From a virus (taxonomy: Duplodnaviria > Caudoviricetes): 38,107 nt of DNA. Position numbers and translations under genes: made by a program. This document shows positions 18,902 through 26,789 of the stretch, piece after piece. Under the pieces are notes generated by a model. The model had not been told where the DNA came from. It searched no databases and worked only from the letters and a program-made list of their open reading frames with translations. The stretch spans positions 1 through 38,107 of the IMG/VR virus record IMGVR_UViG_3300021560_000035. One strand, written 5' to 3'. Numbering within the stretch: the first letter of the stretch is position 1; every line of letters begins with the position of its first letter.

Positions 18902-19050
18902 GCCGTTCCTTTCGCCTGGTACTCACTGAAAAGCACGTTTTCCACTTCGGCTAGTTCGTCTAATGTGTCCGGGTTCAAGGTCTGCTCAAACTTCTGGGTG
19001 AGTTCCCGCTGGAGGTTCCAGAGAAGGACGTATTGTTCGGGAGTCATCAT
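18898..19050 (-). CDS. Small hypothetical protein (50 aa, not in ORF track)
   Basis: MMTPEQYVLLWNLQRELT..KGTA; ATGA overlaps at both ends. Confidence 0.6.
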   Translation of the reverse strand: MMTPEQYVLLWNLQRELTQKFEQTLNPDTLDELAEVENVLFSEYQAKGTA

Positions 19051-19244
19051 GCGGCCTCTTTGGGCGGCTCCGGATCGGGAACGAGGGTGAGCTGGCCAGT
19101 CAGGATTTCCCGCTTGAGCTTGGTGGCCTCATTTCGCAGACGGGTGACGCGATCCTTCCATTCCGTCAGATAGGCGGCCCGCTCCATCGTGGCGTCATCC
19201 AATGCCTGCAGGATCATGGCGAGACGCTGCGCTTGGCTGTTCAT
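19047..19244 (-). CDS. Small coiled-coil hypothetical protein
   Basis: MNSQAQRL..; ATGA overlaps. Confidence 0.6.
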   Translation of the reverse strand: MNSQAQRLAMILQALDDATMERAAYLTEWKDRVTRLRNEATKLKREILTGQLTLVPDPEPPKEAA

Positions 19245-19447
19245 TTCCCCATCTCTCCCCACAGTGGACTTTGTTCGATTGTTGGCGAATCTTCCATCTC
19301 GGCTAATTGGCGAATCTCGATCTCGGCCTGGCGCTCAGCCTCTCCGCGGCTCATGTTGGCGCAGAATTCCTTGATGCCCGCGCGCTCGGAAAATAACGAG
19401 AACCAGGCCTCCGACCAGTCTTCGAGTCGGCGTGGTAGCGCGGTCAT
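19241..19447 (-). CDS. Small phage protein with ERAGIxEF..SRxEAE motif
   Basis: Motif recalled from small phage proteins and tails of phage replication-associated proteins; coupled to the RAMP-like gene. Confidence 0.6.
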   Translation of the reverse strand: MTALPRRLEDWSEAWFSLFSERAGIKEFCANMSRGEAERQAEIEIRQLAEMEDSPTIEQSPLWGEMGK

Positions 19448-20013
19448 GCTGCTTCCTTGAAATGTACGACCCGAAAGCAGCCGAATGGGCCACGCTTTTC
19501 CGGCCGGAAATCACCGATGCCGATATGCTGACCAGCTTCCTCTAGCAACCGCTGCGCATCCTCGATGGACAAGGCTTCGTCGTCCAGCAGCAGCGTGAAC
19601 TTGGCTCCCCAAAGATCGAAGCGTGGACGGTAGCGCATGATGCGCCCCTTTGTGGCCGGAATCGTTACGGGCCGGGCATCTACCTCGAAGCGCTTGGCCG
19701 GACCTTCGCCATTGAGGATTGTGATGGTTTCCGCCTGAATGCGTACGGCGGAAGGCACGATGAAGCGGAGAGTTTTCCGCGATCCGCGCATCTTGTGATT
19801 CGAGCCCGCATTCGCCATGGAGTTCGGGATACTGAAGGCACTGAAATAGAAAGTGCCGTCTTTGGCGACGTAGGCGGCCTTGGTGGCTTCGGCGAGCGGA
19901 TCGCGCGGAGCAACCATTACCCGCCGCGTCGCCTTAGCCTGTTCGTTGTCCTCGTGAAATCGATGGATGAGAAGTGGAGATGTACCGCGAATTTCTACCG
20001 TAATTTGTTTCAT
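19444..20013 (-). CDS. Stand-alone RAMP/Cas7-like RNA-binding protein (189 aa)
   Basis: Start reassigned to ATG 20013 (GGGAG RBS); N-terminal strand ITVEIRGTSPLLIH, central YRPRFDLW, C-terminal Gly-rich loop AGQHIGIGDFRPEKRGPFGCF. Confidence 0.78.
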   Translation of the reverse strand: MKQITVEIRGTSPLLIHRFHEDNEQAKATRRVMVAPRDPLAEATKAAYVAKDGTFYFSAFSIPNSMANAGSNHKMRGSRKTLRFIVPSAVRIQAETITILNGEGPAKRFEVDARPVTIPATKGRIMRYRPRFDLWGAKFTLLLDDEALSIEDAQRLLEEAGQHIGIGDFRPEKRGPFGCFRVVHFKEAA

Positions 20014-20183
20014 AAAGCTCCCTGCCGTGCCCCGCCGCGCCGGACCCCGCCCGACCTTGCCTCGCCCTGCCCCACCCTGCGAGGCCGAGCCACGAAAAGT
20101 TTTGCAGGTGAGACGTGTTTCTCCGGATCCCACCCGATTTGCTCCGCCGGTTCGGTTTTCGCTCCCCCCTTGAGCGAACTTGG
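20014..20183 (-). ncRNA. Candidate guide-like ncRNA (hairpin leader plus GGY-NN tract)
   Basis: 170-nt gap in an otherwise overlap-coupled operon; hairpin TTCGCTC-7nt-GAGCGAA at 20158-20178; boundaries uncertain. Confidence 0.6.
20019..20093 (-). repeat. Pentameric GGY-NN array (14 units, exact 5-nt period)
   Basis: Minus strand: GGC TC GGC CT CGC AG GGT GG GGC AG GGC GA GGC AA GGT CG GGC GG GGT CC GGC GC GGC GG GGC AC GGC AG, then in-phase GGA. Confidence 0.93.
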
Positions 20184-20975
20184 TTATGCTTCGAGTTCGT
20201 CCAATGGCACGTATTCGACTTCTTTCACGATGGGCTGAGGCGCACCGTTCGCTTTCTTCTTGGCGTTTGCGGCTTGCGCACTGGTCGCCAGGCTTGCTTC
20301 CAGCGCTTCCGTACCAGCCGCCCACTTGATGGCGTCTTTGAAATCTTCTGGGCTGAGATCCATCACGGTCGATGCGCTGTAGCGGGTCCGGAGAAATTCC
20401 GCTTCCTGGGCTGGAGTTTTTCCGGTCTGGCGAAGGGCAGACGACCAGGCGCGGGCTTGAAATTCGGCAATCTTGGCGTTTTTCTTCCGGCTGGCTTTCG
20501 TGCCCGGATCGGTGACGCGCGGATCGGTCTGTTCGTCGACCGATTCATCAAACTCGGGATCGTCTTTCTCGTCGGGAATCAGGCCAATGGCCCGGAGGAA
20601 GTATTTCGTGGCTCCGGTCTTGCACTTGTAGAGCGCCTTGTCTCCGGAGTCCATGGCCACACCGAAGGCCTGGACGGTGATCTTTTCGTCGGAGTCGGAG
20701 TCGTAGAGCGTGTAATCGACGGTGAGGCGGAATTCCCGCATCTCTCCGCCGGAATTGGTCTTGATCCGCCCGGTTTCGAGGAATTCCTTTTCGTGCGGGA
20801 TCACGACCACACCCCGCTGGAACAGTTCGTGCCGGATGGCCTTGGCGACATCGGCGGCCTTCACGTAGTTGTATTTCTGGAAGTCGTTCCGGCCCTTTTT
20901 CTCGACTCCGCCCACGGCGTCACAGGCCTCGGCTAGCTTTGCGATCAGACTTGGTGCTATAGTTCGGCTGGACAT
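20184..20975 (-). CDS. erf: ERF-family single-strand annealing recombinase
   Basis: KKGRNDFQKYNYV..AMDSGDKALYKCKTGATKYFL..DDPE. Confidence 0.88.
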   Translation of the reverse strand: MSSRTIAPSLIAKLAEACDAVGGVEKKGRNDFQKYNYVKAADVAKAIRHELFQRGVVVIPHEKEFLETGRIKTNSGGEMREFRLTVDYTLYDSDSDEKITVQAFGVAMDSGDKALYKCKTGATKYFLRAIGLIPDEKDDPEFDESVDEQTDPRVTDPGTKASRKKNAKIAEFQARAWSSALRQTGKTPAQEAEFLRTRYSASTVMDLSPEDFKDAIKWAAGTEALEASLATSAQAANAKKKANGAPQPIVKEVEYVPLDELEA

Positions 20976-21019
20976 ATTTGGTTCACCTTTCTCGCCCACG
21001 TTCTCAGCGTGGGCTTGTT

Positions 21020-21175
21020 TTATTTCGCAAGTTCCTGCTTCACTCGGATCAAAACTTTTTTGGCGAGTTCGATCAATTTGCGGTCCCGCTCGGATCGAGC
21101 CATCACGTTGGCGCGTTCTTTTGCGCGCAAAACATGCACGATGGCTTCAGCGAAATCGGTATCAATGCTGCTCAT
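21020..21175 (-). CDS. Small hypothetical protein
   Basis: Start reassigned to MSSIDTDF, overlapping the HNH stop. Confidence 0.5.
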   Translation of the reverse strand: MSSIDTDFAEAIVHVLRAKERANVMARSERDRKLIELAKKVLIRVKQELAK

Positions 21176-21513
21176 GCGTACTCCGGGAGAATCCCTCTCG
21201 ACCACTGCGGCTCGCCATGAATTCGCCTGTGACAATCCCGCGTCACGAAGCGCACGTTCTCGATCACGTCGGAGCCGCCCTTCGCACGCGATATGACGTG
21301 ATGCAATTGCCCATCGGTCCAAAACACGCGGCGCTTGCAGTCCTTCTCTCCGCATTCGCAGTAGCCCTCGGATCGCTCGAAGGCCTGGGCGCGAAGTTTC
21401 TGCATGTCCGGGCCTGATAGGCGAGTTCTCGGTGGCAGCCAGGGCGAACGCTCCCGAGCTGGCCGACCGGATCGGTGAAGCGGCGTCCGGCGTAATGGGG
21501 TGCGGCGAAGCAT
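21172..21513 (-). CDS. HNH endonuclease
   Basis: CEC..C..HHVISRAKGGSD..N..CHRRIH; MLRRTPLRR N-terminus. Confidence 0.85.
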   Translation of the reverse strand: MLRRTPLRRTPLHRSGRPARERSPWLPPRTRLSGPDMQKLRAQAFERSEGYCECGEKDCKRRVFWTDGQLHHVISRAKGGSDVIENVRFVTRDCHRRIHGEPQWSRGILPEYA

Positions 21514-21698
21514 CAGAATTTCACCGCCCACATGGTCAGACCCACAATCACCACCGTCACGATCAGGGCAATGGCAAACTGGTGCCTCCGGCTGATCTCG
21601 TTGATTTCCTCTTGGGTTAGTTCGGCGATTTCGTAGTCCAATGGCTGTATGGCTCTGCGTTCAATTCGTTGCATGGGTTGTCTCCTGGCGCTGCGCAT
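21513..21698 (-). CDS. Small protein with C-terminal TM
   Basis: FAIALIVTVVIVGLTMWAV; AAGGAG RBS. Confidence 0.6.
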   Translation of the reverse strand: MRSARRQPMQRIERRAIQPLDYEIAELTQEEINEISRRHQFAIALIVTVVIVGLTMWAVKF

Positions 21699-21708
21699 CG
21701 GGTACTCC

Positions 21709-22032
21709 TTAGGCTGCTTTGCGAAATTTCCGGTTTACCGAGTACCAGTTGTCACTCGGGCAAAAGTCGTCGTGGGAGTGCTCGCCTTCGAGGCGCCCGC
21801 AAGGTTTTCCATCCGCCCGCAAGGTCCCGCAGACGTCGGCCAGATTGGCGAACAGGCACTCCTGGATGGCGTGAACGCGCTCATAGGCCAAGCGGTCGCC
21901 AAGGTCTTTCGAGGCTGGAATGGCTAGATGCGTTTTCACTTTGGCCAGGTAGATGGCCGGGTCTTCGGCGGCCACGCGCAAAGCTACGCGCATCTCAATT
22001 TCGTCAATTTCGGCTAGGGGTAGGATGGCCAT
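21709..22032 (-). CDS. Hypothetical protein with C-terminal Cys/His cluster
   Basis: CG..CG..H.H..C; GGGAG RBS. Confidence 0.6.
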   Translation of the reverse strand: MAILPLAEIDEIEMRVALRVAAEDPAIYLAKVKTHLAIPASKDLGDRLAYERVHAIQECLFANLADVCGTLRADGKPCGRLEGEHSHDDFCPSDNWYSVNRKFRKAA

Positions 22033-22036
22033 AGAC

Positions 22037-22504
22037 TCAGAACTCCCCGTTGTTGTGCTCGATCATGCAAGCCGGGCAGAAATGCTCCGTGCATCCCGGC
22101 GTCTTGCACTTCGAGACGTTTTCGGTGCTTTCGCACATCAGGCAGGTATCGGCCATGACTTCATCGACCAGCGCGGAAATGCTGGTGATGCCGAGGCCGA
22201 AATCGAACTCAGAGAGAAAAAGGGAAGCGGCATTCGTGACCGGGAGGTAGTCGGTCGGGGTGAGCACCGCTTCCCGAGTGGCCGCGCCCTTCCCCGACGC
22301 GGCTGCTTCGACAACAGGGGAAAGAGTAGGGAAACCAGGGCCGGACCCGGCTTCTGCCTTGGCAGCCAGCCGCGCAGGAGTCAGGTCAACATGGATGAGG
22401 GTCGTGCGCTCGATGAGGGCAAGGAGCCAGTCGGGGGTCGGCTTGCCCTTGGAATCGGTGAGGATTCCCCTGCTCTGACCGTTCAGTTTTTCGATAACTG
22501 CCAC
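22037..22504 (-). CDS. Hypothetical protein with C-terminal zinc finger
   Basis: CLMC..C..C..FCPAC..H; GGAGG RBS, GTG start. Confidence 0.6.
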   Translation of the reverse strand: MAVIEKLNGQSRGILTDSKGKPTPDWLLALIERTTLIHVDLTPARLAAKAEAGSGPGFPTLSPVVEAAASGKGAATREAVLTPTDYLPVTNAASLFLSEFDFGLGITSISALVDEVMADTCLMCESTENVSKCKTPGCTEHFCPACMIEHNNGEF

Positions 22505-22565
22505 GATTGCCTCCGGTTACGAGGCAACCTTCAGGTGGCGTTTGGTAGGTTTTTAGGGAAGTGCT

Positions 22566-22603
<38 letters not shown>

Positions 22604-22619
22604 TTCCCCTACTCTAAGC

Positions 22620-22772
22620 CTACTTCTGCCCTGAAGGCTGCTTCAGAGATTTCTTCTTACGCGGACGACCGCCCTTTTTGCCGTTTTCACGGACGGCAGC
22701 GGCTTTCTTTTCGCTTCTGGCCAGACCGCCCAGACGCCCTAACGTTGCAGCCGCTTTGGTTATTTCGTTCAC
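22620..22772 (-). CDS. Small basic protein with KKGGRPRK AT-hook-like motif (50 aa, not in ORF track)
   Basis: MNEITKAAATLGRLGGLARSEKKAAAVRENGKKGGRPRKKKSLKQPSGQK; GTG 8 nt after the -10 box. Confidence 0.75.
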   Translation of the reverse strand: MNEITKAAATLGRLGGLARSEKKAAAVRENGKKGGRPRKKKSLKQPSGQK

Positions 22773-22780
22773 GGTTACGC

Positions 22781-22809
22781 ACAATAAACCTAAGCGCATG
22801 CCGTGTCAA
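22781..22809 (-). promoter_or_regulatory. Sigma70-type promoter
   Basis: TTGACA-17 nt-TATTGT on the minus strand, just downstream of the integrase stop. Confidence 0.8.
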
Positions 22810-22822
22810 TAGGAAAGTTGGG

Positions 22823-23944
22823 CTACTTCGTTTTCTTCAGTAACCATGCGGGGATTTGCGCATTCTGGGCAGGCTTTTTACACAGGGCATCCACAGCCGC
22901 GCGCTTGGCGGCCCGGCTTAGGTGACCATAGCGCTTCAGCATCTTCTCCGAGACGTGACCCAGTATGTCGATCGCCGTTTGTGGGGTTACGGATGGGTTT
23001 TCGAGCATGTTACTGCAGGCATCATGGCGGCAGTCGTGGATTCGAAGCGTCTTATCAATTCCGCCTATCTCTTTGATTCTTGCCCATGCCTTTTTAAAGG
23101 ACGTTTGCGGCCGCGTAGGGTCCCACCAGTCGCGCTTGAGTCTCCGGGGGAATAGGAAATGGTCAGGATTCCTGGATCCGCGTTCTACGGCAATCTCAAT
23201 GGCCCGGCAGATCGCAGCAAAGGCGACCTCATTCAGGGGAACCTCACGCATGCGGTACTGGTTTTTTGCGCCCGCTTCCTGGACGTATAGATTTCGGCCC
23301 TCTAAGTCGATGTCCTTGAGCCGGATGTAGCGTAACTCCTGATGTCCGGCTCCACTGTTGATGGCGATCTGGATGGCCAGGTGACAGGGTTCTAACTCGC
23401 GGTTGTACTTGCCGGCGGTTTCGAGGGCTTTCTTTTCCGCATCGGTAAGTCTGCGCCCGCGAGATTCTTTCGGCGTCCGCAGCGGCTGATAGTCCTGAAT
23501 TGGAATCCCGATCCGTTTTCTCATCTGGATCAGAACCGAGCATTCCTTGTTGATGTTGCCCGGCCCGCAGCTCGGCATCCTGGAGCGCTGGTAGGCGCGC
23601 ACCTGGTCGCCGTCGATTTCCGGCAGGCGCATCTCGGCGAAAAAAGCGCTCAAGGTGCGAATGTACATCGCGTAGTTGCGGAGGGTTTCTTCGGCGAGAT
23701 AGGGCCGGCGCGTCTCCAGCCAGGCTTCGGCGGCGGCGCGAAAGTTGAGTTGTACAAGTGAAACGGTGCGCATGAGCGTGTCCAGGTCATACGGGGCCTG
23801 GACCCGATCCTGCGCGGCTGGCTGCCGGGTGAAATCTTCATGGGGTGCCGGTATTCCGTCAAGAGAAAGTTGCTCTTGTCGTACTTTGGCCGTCTCAGAT
23901 TGAGCGGTCGAGCGAGCGGGGCCGAAACCTTGCGAGGGAGACAA
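22823..23944 (-). CDS. int: Tyrosine integrase
   Basis: Core-binding region plus HDCRH, ILGH and RY; next to the tRNA-fragment attP; start uncertain; first catalytic Arg position reads Gly. Confidence 0.9.
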   Translation of the reverse strand: MSPSQGFGPARSTAQSETAKVRQEQLSLDGIPAPHEDFTRQPAAQDRVQAPYDLDTLMRTVSLVQLNFRAAAEAWLETRRPYLAEETLRNYAMYIRTLSAFFAEMRLPEIDGDQVRAYQRSRMPSCGPGNINKECSVLIQMRKRIGIPIQDYQPLRTPKESRGRRLTDAEKKALETAGKYNRELEPCHLAIQIAINSGAGHQELRYIRLKDIDLEGRNLYVQEAGAKNQYRMREVPLNEVAFAAICRAIEIAVERGSRNPDHFLFPRRLKRDWWDPTRPQTSFKKAWARIKEIGGIDKTLRIHDCRHDACSNMLENPSVTPQTAIDILGHVSEKMLKRYGHLSRAAKRAAVDALCKKPAQNAQIPAWLLKKTK

Positions 23945-24115
23945 CGTTCACTTTCTTTCGTGCAGGGGTGGCGCATCTTGGCGCTTGCGAACTGTCACTT
24001 TTGTAACCCTACGTTCAACTAGCGGCAATAGCACTTCGGTGCTACCGAAAGTAATCAACCGTTACATTAGTCCCCTTTCGCCTGCACCGTGCGCAGTGCA
24101 TCATGGTCTCTAGAG

Positions 24116-24310
24116 ATGGCCGGAAAACGTACAACCGTGGTTGCGGTGCGCATGAGCGAAGAGGATTTTTCTCTGCTAAAACGTGCTGCGGATGAGATCT
24201 GGCCACGCGCGATCCTCACCAACTCCTCGATCATCCTGGGACTCGCCAAAATTCACGCGGAAGAGGTCCTGGGCATCCAGCACAAGCCTAAAAAGGCCCG
24301 GTCCGCCTGA
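24116..24310 (+). CDS. Ribbon-helix-helix DNA-binding protein (candidate repressor)
   Basis: TTVVAVRMSEEDFSLLKRAA..TNSSII; divergent from the integrase. Confidence 0.65.
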   Translation: MAGKRTTVVAVRMSEEDFSLLKRAADEIWPRAILTNSSIILGLAKIHAEEVLGIQHKPKKARSA

Positions 24311-24460
24311 TTACCAACGTAACTAACCGTTGTCCCTTCTGACACTTTCCCCTCCGTGACCTACCCCTTTTGCTGTACATTCTGAGAGAGTTTTGACCGT
24401 ATCCGCTTCTGGCCCGACCGGAGCCCGCCCGGAAAAGCGGTAGCCCATCGCCACTTCCCT

Positions 24461-24772
24461 ATGAGAATTTCTGTCTTTGCCCGGCGGAGCAATCCGTCCG
24501 TGGATCGGCCCATCCTTCGCAAGTCCCGTTCTTATGTAGAAGGCGAAGTCCTTGCCGGACGCGCCGAGTGGGTCAACCCGAAAGACCATTCCCAAGGCAT
24601 CATCTGCCGGGAAATGCTCTATTTCGGGCCGCGCCTCGACCCTTCCCCCGTTGCCTCCCCTGACGATCCCGCCAAGCTTCCCCCGCTCGAACTCCCCGGT
24701 TTGATCTTCGTGCCTCCGGCTTTGCAGCCCGGACAGGCTCCCACGTTCCCCGCAAGTTGGTCAGGGGATTGA
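24461..24772 (+). CDS. Hypothetical protein
   Basis: 103 aa, ATG start, Pro-rich tail. Confidence 0.5.
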   Translation: MRISVFARRSNPSVDRPILRKSRSYVEGEVLAGRAEWVNPKDHSQGIICREMLYFGPRLDPSPVASPDDPAKLPPLELPGLIFVPPALQPGQAPTFPASWSGD

Positions 24773-24779
24773 CTTTCTA

Positions 24780-24797
24780 TGCACACTCTTATGTGCA
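24780..24797. promoter_or_regulatory. Operator-like inverted repeat TGCACA-N6-TGTGCA
   Basis: Perfect 6-bp arms in an AT-rich gap, next to TTGACT and TG-G-TAATTT. Confidence 0.4.
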
Positions 24798-24816
24798 AGT
24801 GTGGTAATTTCGCCAC

Positions 24817-25101
24817 ATGAGACACGAACTTGTAGGTTCCCAGGTTTCTGTCGGCATTGAAGTTCCTGCCCCTCGGACCGGACTTCATGAGATTGCGGCT
24901 TGCACCCTCAACCGGATTGCCGTCGCGAATGGCACGCTGGCTGGCGCGATCGATCGGATTCGCGGAGCGCAACCGCAGCAAGCGGGAAACAGCGCAAAAT
25001 CCCCGGAAACCCCGCCGATCATGGCAATCAATGAGGAGATCGCGCGAGAGCTCGAGCGCCTGGAGCGCCAGGCTGGTGTGCTCGCAGACCTTATCGGCTA
25101 A
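24817..25101 (+). CDS. Hypothetical protein
   Basis: 94 aa, helical. Confidence 0.55.
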   Translation: MRHELVGSQVSVGIEVPAPRTGLHEIAACTLNRIAVANGTLAGAIDRIRGAQPQQAGNSAKSPETPPIMAINEEIARELERLERQAGVLADLIG

Positions 25102-25104
25102 TTT

Positions 25105-25515
25105 TTGAGCACCGCCGCCAAAGTCGTAGCCATGGAACGGGTCACCAAGGCCGAACTGCTCGAGCTGGCAGATTGGGAGGCGAAGTACGCCGAAGCCTCG
25201 AAAGCCCTGGCCGAAGCGGAAAAGCAACTGAAGCCCCGGCGTCTGGCGCTGGCGGTCAAGGTTCTGGGAGTCGAGTCGGCGGACGAACTGAAGCTCCTCG
25301 AGCCGGAACAGTTGGAAAAGCTCCTCGAGAAGCGCGAAAAGAAAGGCCTGTTCAAGGTGGAGCGCGGCGCGCCCGGTTTCAATTTCGTCAAAACCTCGGA
25401 AGGCCGATACCCGGCATGGAAGCAGCTCTACATTTCGGAGCTGGGCGAAGCGGCGGCGGACAAGATCGCAGCCGAAACGCCGAAAATCTTCTCTTATCGA
25501 ATTGAGGTAACGTGA
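25105..25515 (+). CDS. Coiled-coil hypothetical protein
   Basis: 136 aa, E/K/A-rich, genome-typical codon use. Confidence 0.7.
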   Translation: MSTAAKVVAMERVTKAELLELADWEAKYAEASKALAEAEKQLKPRRLALAVKVLGVESADELKLLEPEQLEKLLEKREKKGLFKVERGAPGFNFVKTSEGRYPAWKQLYISELGEAAADKIAAETPKIFSYRIEVT

Positions 25516-25670
25516 CCCCTCCGAGCGCGGAACTGGCCGAATTTATCGCCATCCTGGTGCTCGGAGATCACAGCTGCTCGGATGACTGCCTCTGTCGCAT
25601 GCTGAGAAAACTTGAGCCGATTCAAGAGGCCATGCGGAAGATCGGCCCGCCGCCCGTGAGCGCGAATTGA
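25512..25670 (+). CDS. Small hypothetical protein (52 aa, not in ORF track)
   Basis: GTGA overlap, GAGGT RBS; HSCSDDCLC. Confidence 0.45.
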   Translation: MTPPSAELAEFIAILVLGDHSCSDDCLCRMLRKLEPIQEAMRKIGPPPVSAN

Positions 25671-25691
25671 GTTTAGCTATACCTAAACCCC

Positions 25692-25952
25692 ATGAGGAAA
25701 GGAGGTCGCGGAGAATCGCCAGAGCGGAGATCCCGCGGCGACGTCGTATCGTTAGCTGAGCGATTTCGCCGCGATCTTCAAGGACCGCAACTTTCCCTTT
25801 TTCCTGAACATCAGGCCTACGAAACCTACCTCCGGTACTGCCGAATTCTCCGCCACCCCTATCCGCCGATGGACTTCGATACCTGGAAGGCCGAATCCTC
25901 GAGGATTTTCCGGTCCGGCTCGAGCCATGAAACCAAGCGATTGAGCTTTTGA
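25692..25952 (+). CDS. Hypothetical protein
   Basis: 86 aa; QLSLF resembles a sliding-clamp-binding motif. Confidence 0.5.
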   Translation: MRKGGRGESPERRSRGDVVSLAERFRRDLQGPQLSLFPEHQAYETYLRYCRILRHPYPPMDFDTWKAESSRIFRSGSSHETKRLSF

Positions 25953-26183
25953 ATGTCCTACCACTCCACCCGCAGATTGATGTGCCAGGCCTGTATCGAG
26001 GGCACGCACCATTTGTGCGGCATGCCAGTCTGCAAGTGTCCCTGCCAGGAAGCGGATTTTGGGATCTGGTGCGATAAGGTACGGGCGTTTTTGGCCGAAG
26101 GGACGGCCACGGATTACGCGCATCTGCCCCAGCCGCTGGTCATGCTGGAGATCCCGACCGCGCCGGCTGTCCGAATTTGTTGA
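25953..26183 (+). CDS. Cys-rich small protein
   Basis: CQAC..HHLC..CKCPC. Confidence 0.6.
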   Translation: MSYHSTRRLMCQACIEGTHHLCGMPVCKCPCQEADFGIWCDKVRAFLAEGTATDYAHLPQPLVMLEIPTAPAVRIC

Positions 26184-26195
26184 ACTCGGACAAAC

Positions 26196-26777
26196 TTGAA
26201 TGTTTTCGGGCTTTTCAAGTTGCCGCATACCTTCGAAATTGAGGAAGTTTTGCGACTCCTGGCGGCGGCGAAGCAAGAGAGCGAGGCGGATTGGCTGCTC
26301 ATTCTCATCACCTTCGTCCATGCTCTCAGATCCTCGGAAGCTGTTGGATTGAGGCCTTCTAATGTCACTGCGAATAAGCTGGTCCTTGAGCGAAAGAAGC
26401 ACTCCAACCCTGTGAACGACGAATTGCACGCCGATAAAAATCCCTTGCTGAATGAGCGCCAGGCCCTACTTGATTTGTGCTTGAAAACGCCCGGAAATCA
26501 ACGGCTCTTTCCGATCTCTACGCGGACCTTTCAGCGCCGCATGCATCTGTACGGTGAACGCGCTGGCCTGGCCGAGCTGTTTTCTCATCCCCATACGCTC
26601 AAGCACTCTATCCTCACCTATCTGCGGGAAACAATGGATTTAGACGAGCTACAGGACCGCAGCGGGCATAAGAGTCTGGATTCGTTGCGGGTATATCTCA
26701 GTCCTAAGAAAACAGTGACCGACCGCCAAGTCCGGGAAGCCCTCCACTCCAGCCCAGACTTGAAAAACTTGATTTAG
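26196..26777 (+). CDS. Short catalytic-domain-only tyrosine recombinase (FimB/resolvase-like)
   Basis: HALRSSE, RKK, HPHTLKHS, GHKS and VY; 193 aa; start uncertain. Confidence 0.85.
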   Translation: MNVFGLFKLPHTFEIEEVLRLLAAAKQESEADWLLILITFVHALRSSEAVGLRPSNVTANKLVLERKKHSNPVNDELHADKNPLLNERQALLDLCLKTPGNQRLFPISTRTFQRRMHLYGERAGLAELFSHPHTLKHSILTYLRETMDLDELQDRSGHKSLDSLRVYLSPKKTVTDRQVREALHSSPDLKNLI

Positions 26778-26789
26778 TAGGGAAATTTC

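Noticed and set aside
19484-19504. Array dinucleotides GA,AA,CG,GG,CC,(GC),GG match the first two bases of codons E-K-R-G-P-x-G in the RAMP-like gene itself
   Set aside because: Only 6 of 14 dinucleotides match. A partial match of this size is plausible by chance in a 38-kb GC-rich genome, so it is not claimed as self-targeting.
20019-20093. Array as a CRISPR array or a simple microsatellite
   Set aside because: There are no long repeats with spacers. Variation is confined to two fixed positions per unit, unlike slippage-generated repeats.
20014-20325. N-terminal 104 aa of the 293-aa ORF in the track
   Set aside because: It overlaps erf out of frame and translates the repeat tract. ATG 20013 has its own RBS and begins the RAMP-like strand.
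24029-24044. TAGCAC-TTCG-GTGCTA hairpin between int and the RHH gene
   Set aside because: Real but short, with no U-tract; no function can be assigned.
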